Below, in pieces: positions 17,077 to 29,000 of a DNA stretch of 38,058 nt. Both the position numbers and the translations under genes were made by a program. The notes under the pieces are model-generated. The model made no database searches, was not told the DNA's origin, and saw nothing but the letters and a program-made list of their open reading frames with translations. The DNA is from a virus (taxonomy: Duplodnaviria > Caudoviricetes): the IMG/VR virus record IMGVR_UViG_3300003778_000101, positions 1 through 38,058 of that record; one strand, 5' to 3'. Each line of letters opens with the position of its first letter. The first letter of the stretch is position 1.

Positions 17077-20000
17077 TGGCGACCTTTGAAGAACTGATGG
17101 CCGCTCTCCGCAAGGCTGACGCGGCGGGCGACACCGAGGGCGCGGCGCGCATTGCGCAGATGGCCAGCAAGATCAAGGGGGCGCAACCCGCGCCGTCGCA
17201 TGGCGCATCGGCTGTCCCGCAGGACGCCCCCTCGCCGGTTCTGCCGCAAGACCCGGTGACGCCGGGCGGGTTTGACCAGCAGATCATCAGCCTGATGCAG
17301 CCCGCCGGTGGCCCGCCGGTCTCGGCTCTTTCGGCCCAGGCGCCCGCGCCCCGCGTTGCGCCGAACATGGCAGGGCCGATCCGGGCCACCATGACGCCAC
17401 GGGTCGCAATGCCGGTCGAAGACCCGCTTCTTGCCGCTCTGCGCGGTGAGGACGTGCAGGCCAATGGTGCCCCCGTGACTTATGGCGCAAGCCGGGATGC
17501 CAATGACCAGCGCCCGCCTTCCGATCCATTCGAGGGCGAGGGGTTCAAGCCGCTGGCCAAGCGGCGCGGCCAGCAGTTCGTGCGCGGCGCGACTGAGGTT
17601 GTGGCGTCTGTGCCGGAATCGGTGGCGATCACGGGGGAGATGGCGGACAGGACGCGCTCCGCAGGCGCGGTGCAGGGCGCTGATTTCCGCGCGCAGTTGA
17701 TCACAGATATTGACGCTCGCCTTGCCGACCCGGCCACGCCAGCCAATGAGCGCGCCATCCTTGAGCGCAACAAGGCTGACATGACTCAGGGCATCGACAC
17801 CCTGCGCGGCGAGGCGGCGCAACCAATCGTTCCGGCGCAGGACCGCCCCGTCTTCGCGGCGGGCGACCAAATCCGCGGCGCCGTGACGGATACCGTCGGC
17901 GCCCCTGATCCGCGCGATGTCGGGTTCTGGGCGCAGGCCGCAGAGGGCAGCGGCAACATGGCCGGCATGATTGCGGCCAGCACCGCCGGGGGCCTTGTCG
18001 GCGGCCCGGCTGGCAGTCTGGCTGTGGGCGGCATGACCGGCTCGACCATGAACCAGTCGCAGGTTTTCAAGGAGGCTCTGGACGCCGGGGCGGATCAGGA
18101 AACCGCGCTGCAAGCCTCGAAATGGGCCGCCGTAATTGGCGCTGGCGAAATCATCCCGATCAACCGCGCCCTGAAGATCCTTCCGCCCCGCCTCCGCGGT
18201 GAGCTGGCGACCGGGTTCATGCGCAAGTTTGTCGATCTGGCGCAAGCATCTGGCGAAGAGGCGGCTCAGGAATACCTGTCGCAGGTGGCGAACAACATCG
18301 CGGCCCAGAAGCTCTATGACCCGGAACGCGGCTGGACTGAGGGGGCGACAGACGCCGCGCTTGTCGGTGCGGTCCTTGGTGCGGGTGTTGGCGGCATCGG
18401 CTTGGCTCTGGAAGGCAAGCCTGCGGCGCAGAACGTGACGGCCCCGCCGCGCCGGGAAGAACCGCCAGCCGACCCGCTCAGCCAGATCACCGCCGCCATG
18501 CAACCGCCCGCGCCGGATCAGGCACCGAAGACCCCGGCGCCGGAACAGCCCGCACCGCAAGCCACCGCAAATCAGACCCAGCCCCAACCGTCGCAGGGCG
18601 ATGCGGGCCGCTACGAGATTCTGGACGAGATCGAAAACGGCCCCGACGGGCAGCGCGTCCCGACCGGGCGCAAGGTCCGGTATGACCGGCAGACCGGCAC
18701 GGTTGAACCGATCAGCCCGGACCAGATCGACGCAGAAGTGAAGTCAGAAGCCCCGCCACCTGCGGAAATGCGTAAATCCGCAGATGCGGAACCGGCGCCA
18801 GAGGGTCAGCCAAGCCCGACCGCAGGCCCGGCGCCCCAAGCTGATGTGGTGCAGGCCGCAGGCGGAACCGTGCCCCCGGCGCCTATTCCGAACCAGCCCC
18901 GCAATTTCGAGTTTATCGACGCGGCAGGTGTGGCCAAAATCGGCACCGAACCCGGCGTGATGCAATACAAGGCCGGTGGTGATGCGGAAGGCGTGACGGA
19001 TCGGCTCAAGGGCGTGACCGAGTGGCGGCCGGAACGCGCTGGCATGTCGATCATCTATGAGTATGCCGACGGGCGCCGCGTAATCGCTGATGGTCACCAG
19101 CGCCTTGGGCTGGCCAAGCGGCTTGCCGGGCAGGGCAAGGCGATCCAGATGCCCGCCATGATCCTGCGGCAGGCCGATGGCGTGACCCCGGAAGAGGCGC
19201 GCGTGACGGCGGCCCTGAAGAACATCGCGGAAGGCTCTGGCACAGCGCTGGACGCGGCCAAGGTGTTGCGCGGCACCGACAAGACGCCGGATCAGTTGGG
19301 CCTTCCCCCGTCATCCGCCATCGTGCGGGACGCCATGGGGATGCGCAACCTGTCGGAGCAGGCCTTCGGCATGGTGATCAACGGCGTGTCGAGCGAGCGC
19401 GACGGCGGAATCGTCGGGCGGGCGGTGACCGACAAAGCGGCGCAGGCCAACATTCTGGCGCTTCTGGCGCGGATGCAGAAGGAACGCCCCATCACCGCGT
19501 TTCAGGCCGAAAGCGTGGCGCGGCAGGCCGCTGCGGATACCGTCGTGGAGACGCAGGACAGCCTGTTCGGCCCGGAAGACGACACCAAGAATCTCTATCT
19601 TGAGCGGGCGAAGATCCTCGAAGCCGCCTCGAAGATGAAGCGCGAGGAGCAAAGCGCGTTCAGGAACGTCATCGCCAATGCCGACCGGCTTGCCGCCGCT
19701 GGCAACCAACTTGACGCAGAGGGCAACCAGACCCGACTGGACAGCGCAGCCGCGATGCGGGACTATCTGGGCCGCGAAGCCAACACCAAGGGAGCGATCA
19801 GTGAAGCCCTCACAGCAGCAGCACGCGCCCTCAACGGTGGCGCAACAGTCGCCGCCGCAACCCGGCAGTTCCTCGATGCCGTCGAACGTGAATTGGGAGC
19901 GCGCGGCCAGCAACGCGCAGACGGCAATCAAGGAGGGGCAGCGCCTGTCCCAGAACGCCAGCCGGAACCTGAACCGCAAGCCGTAGGCGGGAAGGGGGGG

Positions 20001-23000
20001 GAAGTTGATCCTCCCCAGGGCGACAAGCGGGACGAAAACGCCGCGGATAGTGATCTGTTCGGCGGGCCCGCACCGGCGGCGCCCGATCCGCAAGCCGACA
20101 TTCTGGCCGCCATGACCGGGCGAAAGCCGAAGGGGTCAGAGGCGAAACCACCGGCAGCACCCGAGTCAGACGCTACTGTCGGCGATGCGATCCGCGCCGC
20201 TTTCGATGCCTTGCCGTCGGTCCAGATCGGGCGCCAGCATTGGTATCCATTGACGGTTACGGCGCGCGGCAAAACCCGGCATTTCCTTGCCTCGCAATGG
20301 CAGGTGGACAGCACGGGACGCAAGCGCCCCGCGATCCACCTGCTAAACATCATGCAGGTCAGGATGATCCGCGCAGCCACGCCCGAACCGCGCTTTGTCC
20401 GGTATCGCCTCAATGCCAAGAACGAACTTGTGGAAGACGGCTTGCCGGTTGCGCTGACCGAAGGCGACCTGTTGCAGCGGTGGGCGGGTGCCGGGCTTCC
20501 CTTGCCGGAAGGCGTCAAGGCGCCCGGCGCCGACCCTACGCCTGCAGCACCACCCCCCGCCGACCCCTTCGCCCCGGCCCAGACCGGAAAATCCCCTGCC
20601 CAGATCAAGGCCGAAGCCGAGGCCGCCGTGCGCGCCCAGCAATCCAAGCTGCGCAAACCGGATGGAAACTCTGGTGACGCCGGGCCGCTCTTCAACCCTG
20701 ATCAGGATTTGTTCGACCCGCCGAAGGCTGATCCGAAGCCTAAGCCGCAGTCACCGACCGACAAGCTGGCGGATGAAATCCGGGCGCGACAGGCCGCAGT
20801 TGAGGCGATGCAGGCCGAACGCCGCGCGATCCTCGCGCGCTACACGGTCGATGGTGACGAGGCCGTAAACAAGGCCAACGGCTCCTTCGACATCGCGGAA
20901 ACGCCTACCGGCGAAACGCTCATGGCCAAGCTGATTGAGGCCAAGACCTTCGCCGAGAAGAAGGCCGTGGCCGATGCCTTCGTGTTGGACGAGGGAAAGC
21001 GGAGCGGGGTCGAACACCTCGTTGTCCTGACAGAGGACGGCATCCCGCTGGCGATCACGTCAGGCCACAAAAGCGGCGTGTCGTTCCCGGCTGCGGTCTG
21101 GCGGGCGGGTTCGCGTGATGAGGCGGCCTATTCTGTCCACAACCACCCGAGCAGCAACGGTTTCAGCGGGTCCGATCTGGCCATTCTGGCCATTTGGCCA
21201 AAGCACACACTCGCGGTCATCGGGCACAACGGGGACCGGCACGAAGTCCGCGCCACGCGCGACTTCGACATGGTGGATGACGTAACCCTGCGCGATCCGA
21301 TGAACCGTCAGGCGAAACTGAACGTGGCGCTGACCGAGGCGCGGGACGCGGCCCTGTGGCGCATCAACCAGCACATGCTGGAAAAGGGTGAGGCAAACGC
21401 TGCAGGTGAGGCAAGATACCTAGCAGCCACGCGACCCTTCTTCCAACTCGTGCTGGAAGAAATGGGCCTGATCATCTACACTGATCGGGCGAAATGGCGG
21501 GCGCAGTTCGAGGCGCAGGGCTTCAACTTCGAGGACTTCTATGGACAGGTTTCAGGCGCTGTCGCTGATCGGCTTGGACGGGCCGGATTCATCATCCCCG
21601 AGGGCGGAAATACAGGCGGAAATCGACCGGCTGACGAAAGCCCCCAAGCCGCATCACCCGGAGCTGACGGCGCGGCTGGAAAGCCTGCAGCAGATGGCGC
21701 AAAAGGCGACGGAAGAGGGCGGGTTCCGGCGCAACCCGTAGGCCCGGCCAAGACTGGCAACGCCGCTCTCGACGGCGCCCTTGATGACATTTTCGGAGAC
21801 GAAGCAGATGTTCCAAGCCCCGGCCAGCGTGTGGAACGCGATAGCGGAAACCCAGACCCTGCGGACGGCATGGGCGGAACAGATGTTCCCGCTGCCGCAG
21901 GACGAGATGGACGTGGCGGTGAAGGGCGAACTGGACCGGGTGGAAGCCCAGACAGGGAGCAAAGTGCTGGCGGCGGCCTACCTGGTGGTGATGCCCCTCC
22001 TGTGGGAAGCGGAAGCGATCCGGGCGTGGACAGCGCAGAACGGCCCGCTCGCAAGCCTGCCTCCGGTCGAAAGCGTGGCACAGGCGATGGCAATCGCGCA
22101 GGGGGACTATCTCCTGACGCAGGACGAGGCGCAGACCCTGCGGGCAATGCTTCTGGCGCCACCCCCGGAAAGCTGACGCCCGCGCAGCAGCTCGCTGCGA
22201 TCCGGGGGATTTTCAAGGAAGACGTGATTGATTTCGTGGCCGGGCCTGAGCGGCGCCGGACGGATTCCGATGCTTTCCGCAAGTGGTTCGGAAACAGCAA
22301 GGTTGTGGATGCGGATGGCAAGCCGCTGGTTCTTTACCATGGCACTGATGCCGATTTCCAAGGGTTTGGCGTTGAACATCTCGGGTCTGCCACAGATGCC
22401 AACTCCGCGAAGATGGGCTTTTTCTTTTCTGACAGAAGTAAAACGGCAGAATATTACAGCACCCTGAGCAATAAAGAGCGCGAGTTTCAGAAAAAAATTG
22501 CTCGGATTACCGGGCGGGATTTTGTCGACTCCGGGGCGAATGTAATTCCCGTCTACCTCTCTCTGAAAAATCCTCTGGTTCACGATTTTAAGGGGAGGGT
22601 GCATCGGAGCACGGCCTACTATGACCTGTTGCGCAAAGCGCAAGCTGAGGGGCGAGACGGAGCCATCTTCCGCCGAACCTATGATGCAGGTGAATACGGA
22701 CGCTTTGATGCCATAATGCGGGGTCGGTTGAAATCGGAGACGGTTTTCGTCGCCTTCCGACCTGAGCAGATAAAATCCATCTTCAACCAAGGCACATGGG
22801 ACGCCAGCAGCCCCTATATGCTGCGCGAGGATGCGGCAAATCCTATTGACCCGCGCAAGGCCGAGGCTCTGGAGTCGATCTTCGTCGGCGCGCTGGATGG
22901 CGTGAACGTCAAGGCGGCGACTGACCGCGACCTGTTCCGCAGCATCATCCTGCCGCTGCGCGATGCCGGCATGACGCGGGAAGAGGTGGCGGAGATGACG

Positions 23001-26000
23001 CCCTATCTCGAATCCTTCCTCGCCAATCTGCGCGCAGGGCGGGTGGGGCTGGCCACTGAACCTGCGCCGCGCGCCATCGAGGCCGATGACCGTGCCGCGG
23101 TGCAGGCCAAGGCCGACCGGATCAAGCCGGTTGCGGCGGACGAGGCGAATATCCGGGCCACGCTGCCGCTTCTGCTTCCCGAGCAGCAAGACGACGTGCT
23201 GAAGGTGGAACGCCGCTTCTCCAAGCCCGACGGGCACGGCATGATGATCACCAACGGCACCGGCACGGGCAAGACCTTCTCCGGGGGCGGGGTGATCAAG
23301 CGCTTCGTCCAGATGGGCAAGGGGGATATCCTGATCGTCGCCCCGTCGGAGGCGGTCATCGCCGGATGGACCAAGGCCCTTTCCGCGCTGGACGTTCCCG
23401 TGAACCAGTTGCGCGACACCAAGGACGCCGGTCAGGCGGTGACCATCACCACCTATGCCAACCTGCGCGACAACGATGCCTTGGCTTCCCGGTCCTTCGA
23501 TCTGGTCGTGACGGACGAGTCGCAGAACCTCATGTCCTCGCAAGACGGGGCGGTCACTGGTGCGCTCCAGAACCTGCGCGCCATCACGCACCGGCCCGCC
23601 GATCTGTGGCGCAAGTCGCGGATGCGTCACGCCAAGGAGTGGGAAGCCTACAAGGCCATGAGGGACGGCGAGGCCAAGACGGCGGTGTATCGCCGCCTCA
23701 AGTCGCGCGAAGAGGCGGAGGTGGCGCGCTGGGCGCAGGAACCGCGCTCCAAGGTCTTGTTCCTCTCCGCCACGCCCTTCGCCTATGACAAGGCGGTGGA
23801 CTATGCCGAGGGCTATCTCTTCGACTATCCCAAGGATGGCCATGTCGGGCGCAGCCGCCAGAGCGGCCAGAACCTGTTCATGGTTCAGCACTTTGGCTAT
23901 CGCATCCGGTATCACAAGCTGACCAAGCCCGAGGCGGCGGTGGATAGCGCCGTGTTTGAGCGTGAGTTCCATGAAAAGCTGAAGCGCGATGGGGTGCTGT
24001 CCGGGCGCAGCCTTCAGGTCGATGTGGACTATGACCGCAAGTTCGTTCTGGCCGCCGACGGATTGGGAACCCAGATCGACGCCGTTCTGAAGCATGTGTT
24101 CGAGGGGCGCAGGAACGCGGACAAGGCGATTGCCGACGGCTATCAGACGCTGGAACGGGAGATCAGCCAGAAGTTCAACTACCTCAAGCGGATGCAGCTT
24201 CTTGAGGCGATCAAGGCGCGCGCCGCAATCCCTGACATCGAAAAGCACCTCGCTCTGGGCCGGAAGGTCGTGGTGTTCCATGACTACAACGTCGGCGGCG
24301 GGTTCAACCCGTTCTCCAACATCGCACCGGCAAATGATGCCAATGCCATCGCGGCGGCGGCCGATCTGATGGCGGCTTTCCCCGACCTCAATCGCATGAA
24401 GTTCGCCAGCTATGCCGCGCCGGTTGATGCCCTGCTCTCGGCCCTTGGCAAGCGGGCCCGCGCCTTCAACGGCACAGTGCCCCAGAAGAAGCGCCTCCAG
24501 AATCTGGCCGACTTCAACACCGACGGCAGCGGCGCCGACGTTCTGGTGGTTCAGTCCGACGCGGGAGGGGCTGGGATTTCGATGCACGATCTTACCGGCA
24601 CCCACCAGCGCGTGCTGATCAATCTCGGGATGCCGACAAAGCCGACCACCACCTTGCAGGAAGAGGGGCGCATCCTTCGCGTGGGCACCGTCACCAATGC
24701 CCCGTTCCGGTATTACACCATTGGCACCGCATGGGAGCGCCGCGCCTTCGCAACCCGCATCGCGGAGCGCAGCGGCACGGTCGAGAACCTTGCGCTGGGC
24801 AATGAGGCGCGCGACCTCCTGACCGGCTTCATCGAGGCATACGAGGCAGCGGAAGCCCTTGAACCCGGCCCGGATGATGGCAAGGGGGGCAAGGAGCGGG
24901 ACCGCAAGGCCAATGTCACCAGCCCGTTCGAGAAGGCCAAGACCCACTATTTCGGGCGCACCAAGACCACCGGGCGCCGTGATCAGCGCGACGGCATCGA
25001 CTTCTACCCGACGCCGGAACCGCTTGCCCTCAAGATGGTCGAATGGGCCGGTATCCGCCCGAATGAGCGCGTCCTTGAGCCTTCCGCCGGGGATGGTGCC
25101 ATCGCGCGCTATGTGCCGGATTTCGCCGATCTGACGATGGTCGAGCCATCCTCTGACCTGTCCAGCCGGGCCTTGCTCAAGGCACCACATGGCAAGACGG
25201 TGGAAAGCACGTTCGAAAGCTACCACCTGGTCAACAAGGCGCATGTGATCGTGATGAACCCGCCCTTTGGCTCGGGCGGCGCAACCGCGATGCAGCATCT
25301 TGCCAAGGCGGCGAAGCACCTGCGGGCCGGGGGGAGGATCGTGGCTCTGATCCCGACCGGCCCCAGCGCGGACAAGCGCTTTGATGCGTGGTGGGAGGGT
25401 GATGACGCGAAAGGTCTGAGCCTTTCCGCAGAGGTGGCGCTTCCGGCTGTTGCCTTCGAGCGGGCCGGAACCAGTGTGATGACGCGCGTGGTGGTCATCG
25501 ACAAGCCCGCCGAGGGGCAAGAGGTGGCGCCGGATACCCAGCGGCTCAACTTCGCTGGCGCCCGGTCGATCAACGAGTTCTTCGACCGGCTGGAGCAATA
25601 CGATGTGCGCCGCCGCCCCGATCCGGTTCGCGATGTGGTCGAGGAGATGGAGGCCGAAGGTCAGGACGCCACGGCGCCGATGCCGCAGCCTGTGCAGGGC
25701 CCGCCGCTGGCGGCCAAGGCTGATGCCTTCAAACTGGCACAGGTGAAGCACGCCAAGACGGGCGCTGACCTGTTTGTCGCCACGATCCGCGACAAGGTGG
25801 AGCGGGAGGAATACGCCGCCGTCCTGGCCGTCGCCAAACAGCACGGCGGCTATTATTCCAGCTTCCGGGGCAACGGCGCAGTCCCGGGCTTTCAGTTCAA
25901 GAGTGAGGCGGATCGTCAGGCATTCCTTGATGATATGCAGAAGCCGACGGCGGGTTTTGCGGAGACCGCCTATCATGGGACGCCGCATGACTTTGACCGG

Positions 26001-29000
26001 TTCAGCCTTGATGCCATGGGCACGGGCGAGGGCGCGCAAGCCTATGGCTGGGGCCTGTATTTCGCGGGCAAGCGCGCGGTTTCGGAGTGGTATCGGGACA
26101 AGCTGTCCCGGGTATCTCTGCGGATCGACGGCGAGGAAATCCCGCCGTTCCTGTATGGTCCGCAGTCCAGCGACATCATGCAGCGCACGCAAGAGTATCT
26201 TGCGGACAAGCCCCCATCGCGCCCGGAAGGGGTTTCTGAAGAGGCGTGGCGTGACGGTGCCGTTCTATTCCGCATCTCCCTTAGAGCCGTGATCGGCAAT
26301 CTGCGTGACAAGATCAACTCCACACCGGGCGACGACGTTCAGGATCGCCTGCGCGTCTATCGGGAAACCAAGCTGGCGCAATACAAGGCTGCGGAACAAC
26401 GAGCATTCCCGCCTGACATGGCGGAATACGCTGCACATCTGGCCGCCATCGACTGGCTGGCGGCGCGTGTCACCAAGGTCAATCCGGGCCGCCTCTTCAC
26501 CGTAGACATTCCCGGCCAGGAAAGCCTTCTGGATTGGGATGCGCCGCTGTCGGAGCAACCCGCAGCGGTTCAGGCTATCATTGGCGCCATGGACGCCGCG
26601 CCGGACAAATCGGTGTGGGATGCCACTACGGGGCAAGACTTCATTGACCAACTGACCGTCGATGCGATGGGCGATGCTGCCTTCATGCAAAGCACCCGCG
26701 AACGGGCGGCGGCGAAAGCAGAGGCGCGGCGCATGGCATCCGAGGCCCTGCGTGCCGCAGGAATCCCAGGCCACCGCTACCTTGACGGCTCCAGCCGCAA
26801 CGCTGGCGAAGGGTCTTACAACTACGTCATCTACGATGACCAAGCCATCACGATCCTTGAAAAGCAGCAACGCGCCCAGATGGTCCGCGAGGCCGCCACC
26901 TCAACCGAGGAAATCATCCGCCTCATGCCGCGCCTGCGGGCCGAGCTGGACCGTCTCGACCTGAAGCGCGTGCGTCTGGTGGCGGATTCTGATGCCCGCG
27001 ACTGGCAGGGCATGTTCCATGTCACGGGCGACGGCGCGCTTGAAATCGTGATCGGTGCCTCCATGGACCCGATGGGCACGCTGCACCACGAGGTGATCCA
27101 CGCCCTGCGCACCATGAACCTGTTCACGCCGGAAGAGTGGCGCGCGCTGGAGCTGGCCGCAGAGCGCGGCTGGGTCGCCAAGCACGACATTGCGGCGCGC
27201 TATCCCGACCTTCTGCCGCATGAGCAGATCGAAGAGGCGATTGCGGAGGAGTTCAGCGAGGCGCTGGCGGCCCGGAAGTCGCCAAAGGGTTCGGCGCTGG
27301 TCACGGCGTTCAACAAGATCGCCCGGCTGCTTCGCGCGCTGCGCAATGTGCTGAACGGGGCGGGCTATCAGACCGCAGAGGACATCTTCGGGCGCATTCT
27401 GGCGGGGGAGATCAGCAAGCGGCAGGCTGGGAATACCGGTATGCGGGCGAGCAAGTTGGCGCAGGCGCCAAAACCAAACGTCGATGCGTTCGAGGCGGCC
27501 TTGAAGCATGACCTTGGGCTGCGGTCCCTGTCGCTTTTTGTCACCCGAAGCGGTGACTTGAAGCTGAACATGCTTGCGGTGGGCAAGGATGAGCAGGGCC
27601 AAGGTATCGGCACCAAAGCAATGTCGCGGATCGCGGAATTTGCCGACCAGAACGGGTTCCGCCTGATCTTGTCGCCGGGGCTGCGCGACGATGGGTTTGG
27701 AACTACGTCGCGCGACCGACTGGTGAATTTTTACAAGCGGTTCGGCTTTGTGGAAAACAAGGGGCGCCGCAAGGACTTTAGCATCAGTGAGGGCATGTAT
27801 CGCGATCCGGCCCGCAACCGCTTCCAGCGCCCGCAGGCCGTCCGCCCCCTGTCGGCGCAGGCCCGCGCCCATCGCAACACCGGCATGGGCGGGGCGCTGT
27901 TCATTCCCGACCGCCGCGTCTGGGAGGAACTGACTCGCGCCACGGCGCCAATCTGGGCGCGGCTGCGCAACGGCGCGGGCGGCATGAGCGATGGTATCGA
28001 CCGTGCCCGCGTCTACATTCAGGATCGCTTCCTTCCCGTCCTGCGGGCTCAGGAGGCTATTGAGCGGGCCACGGGCAGGCGCCTGCCGCCGGAGCAACGC
28101 GCCTACACCGCTGAAACCACCTTCAGCGGCAAGGTCGGGCGCCATCTGTTCGAGGTCGATGAGGATTTCGTCAAGCCGATCATCCGCCTTATCGCGGCCA
28201 GCAAGGGCCGCCTTACCGCAGAGGCAGTCGGGGAATGGCTCTATGCCAGGCACGCCATCGAACGCAACGCGAAGATTGCCAGCATCAACCCGGCCATGCC
28301 GGATGGCGGTTCCGGCATGACCAACGCCGAAGCCAAACAGATCCTTGCCGACGCGGCGGCCAGCCCTGATGCAGCGCGACTGGTCGAGATTGGAAGCCTG
28401 ATCGACAAGCTGCGCGAGCGGACCCTTTCCCTGCGCGAAGATGCCGGGCTGATCACGCACGACGAGGCCAGCGACTGGCGTAAGATGTATCGCCACTACG
28501 TTCCCTTGAAGGGATTTGCCGAGACCGATCATGCAGAGGCCGTGCTGGACATCACCGGCATCGGCAAGCGGTTCAACGTTCGGGGCGGGGAAAGCCGCCG
28601 CGCGCTGGGGCGCAAGTCCGAGGCATTCAACCCGTTGCAGGCCGCTTTTACGCAGGCGCAGGAAGTGGCGATCCGCGCCGAAAAGAACCGGGTTGGCCAG
28701 AGCCTGCACGAATTGGCAAAGGATTACCCATCGAAGGCGCTATGGGAGGTGAAGAAACCGGCCCAGAAGCGGTATTTCAACCGCTCCACGGGGCTGGTCG
28801 AAACCCGTGTGGAAGACCCCGTTTCCATGATCCTTGCCCCGAACGAAATGGCTGTGAAGATCAGCGGTGAGGAACACCGGATCATCTTCCATGACGAGCG
28901 GCTTGCGCGTGCGGCCGGAACCGTCGGGGCGGATCAGATGGGCCAAATCACCCGCCTGCTGTCGATGTTCTCGCGCTTCTGGTCCATGACTCGGACCATG

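Noticed and set aside
18730..18960. Possible further nested ORF in the Pro-rich linker before the ParB-like domain
   Set aside because: The +1 frame is Arg/Pro/Cys-rich like ordinary shadow frames and has no clear SD.
19994..20001. G8 run in the giant gene as a phase-variation or frameshift site
   Set aside because: A single short run in GC-rich DNA, with no evidence of length variation from one sequence.
22107..26192. 1361-aa minus-strand ORF and other long antisense ORFs (e.g. 8094-9959, 16884-18587, 26901-28709)
   Set aside because: These are shadows of GC3-biased + strand genes. They have no recognisable motifs and lie opposite well-supported genes.
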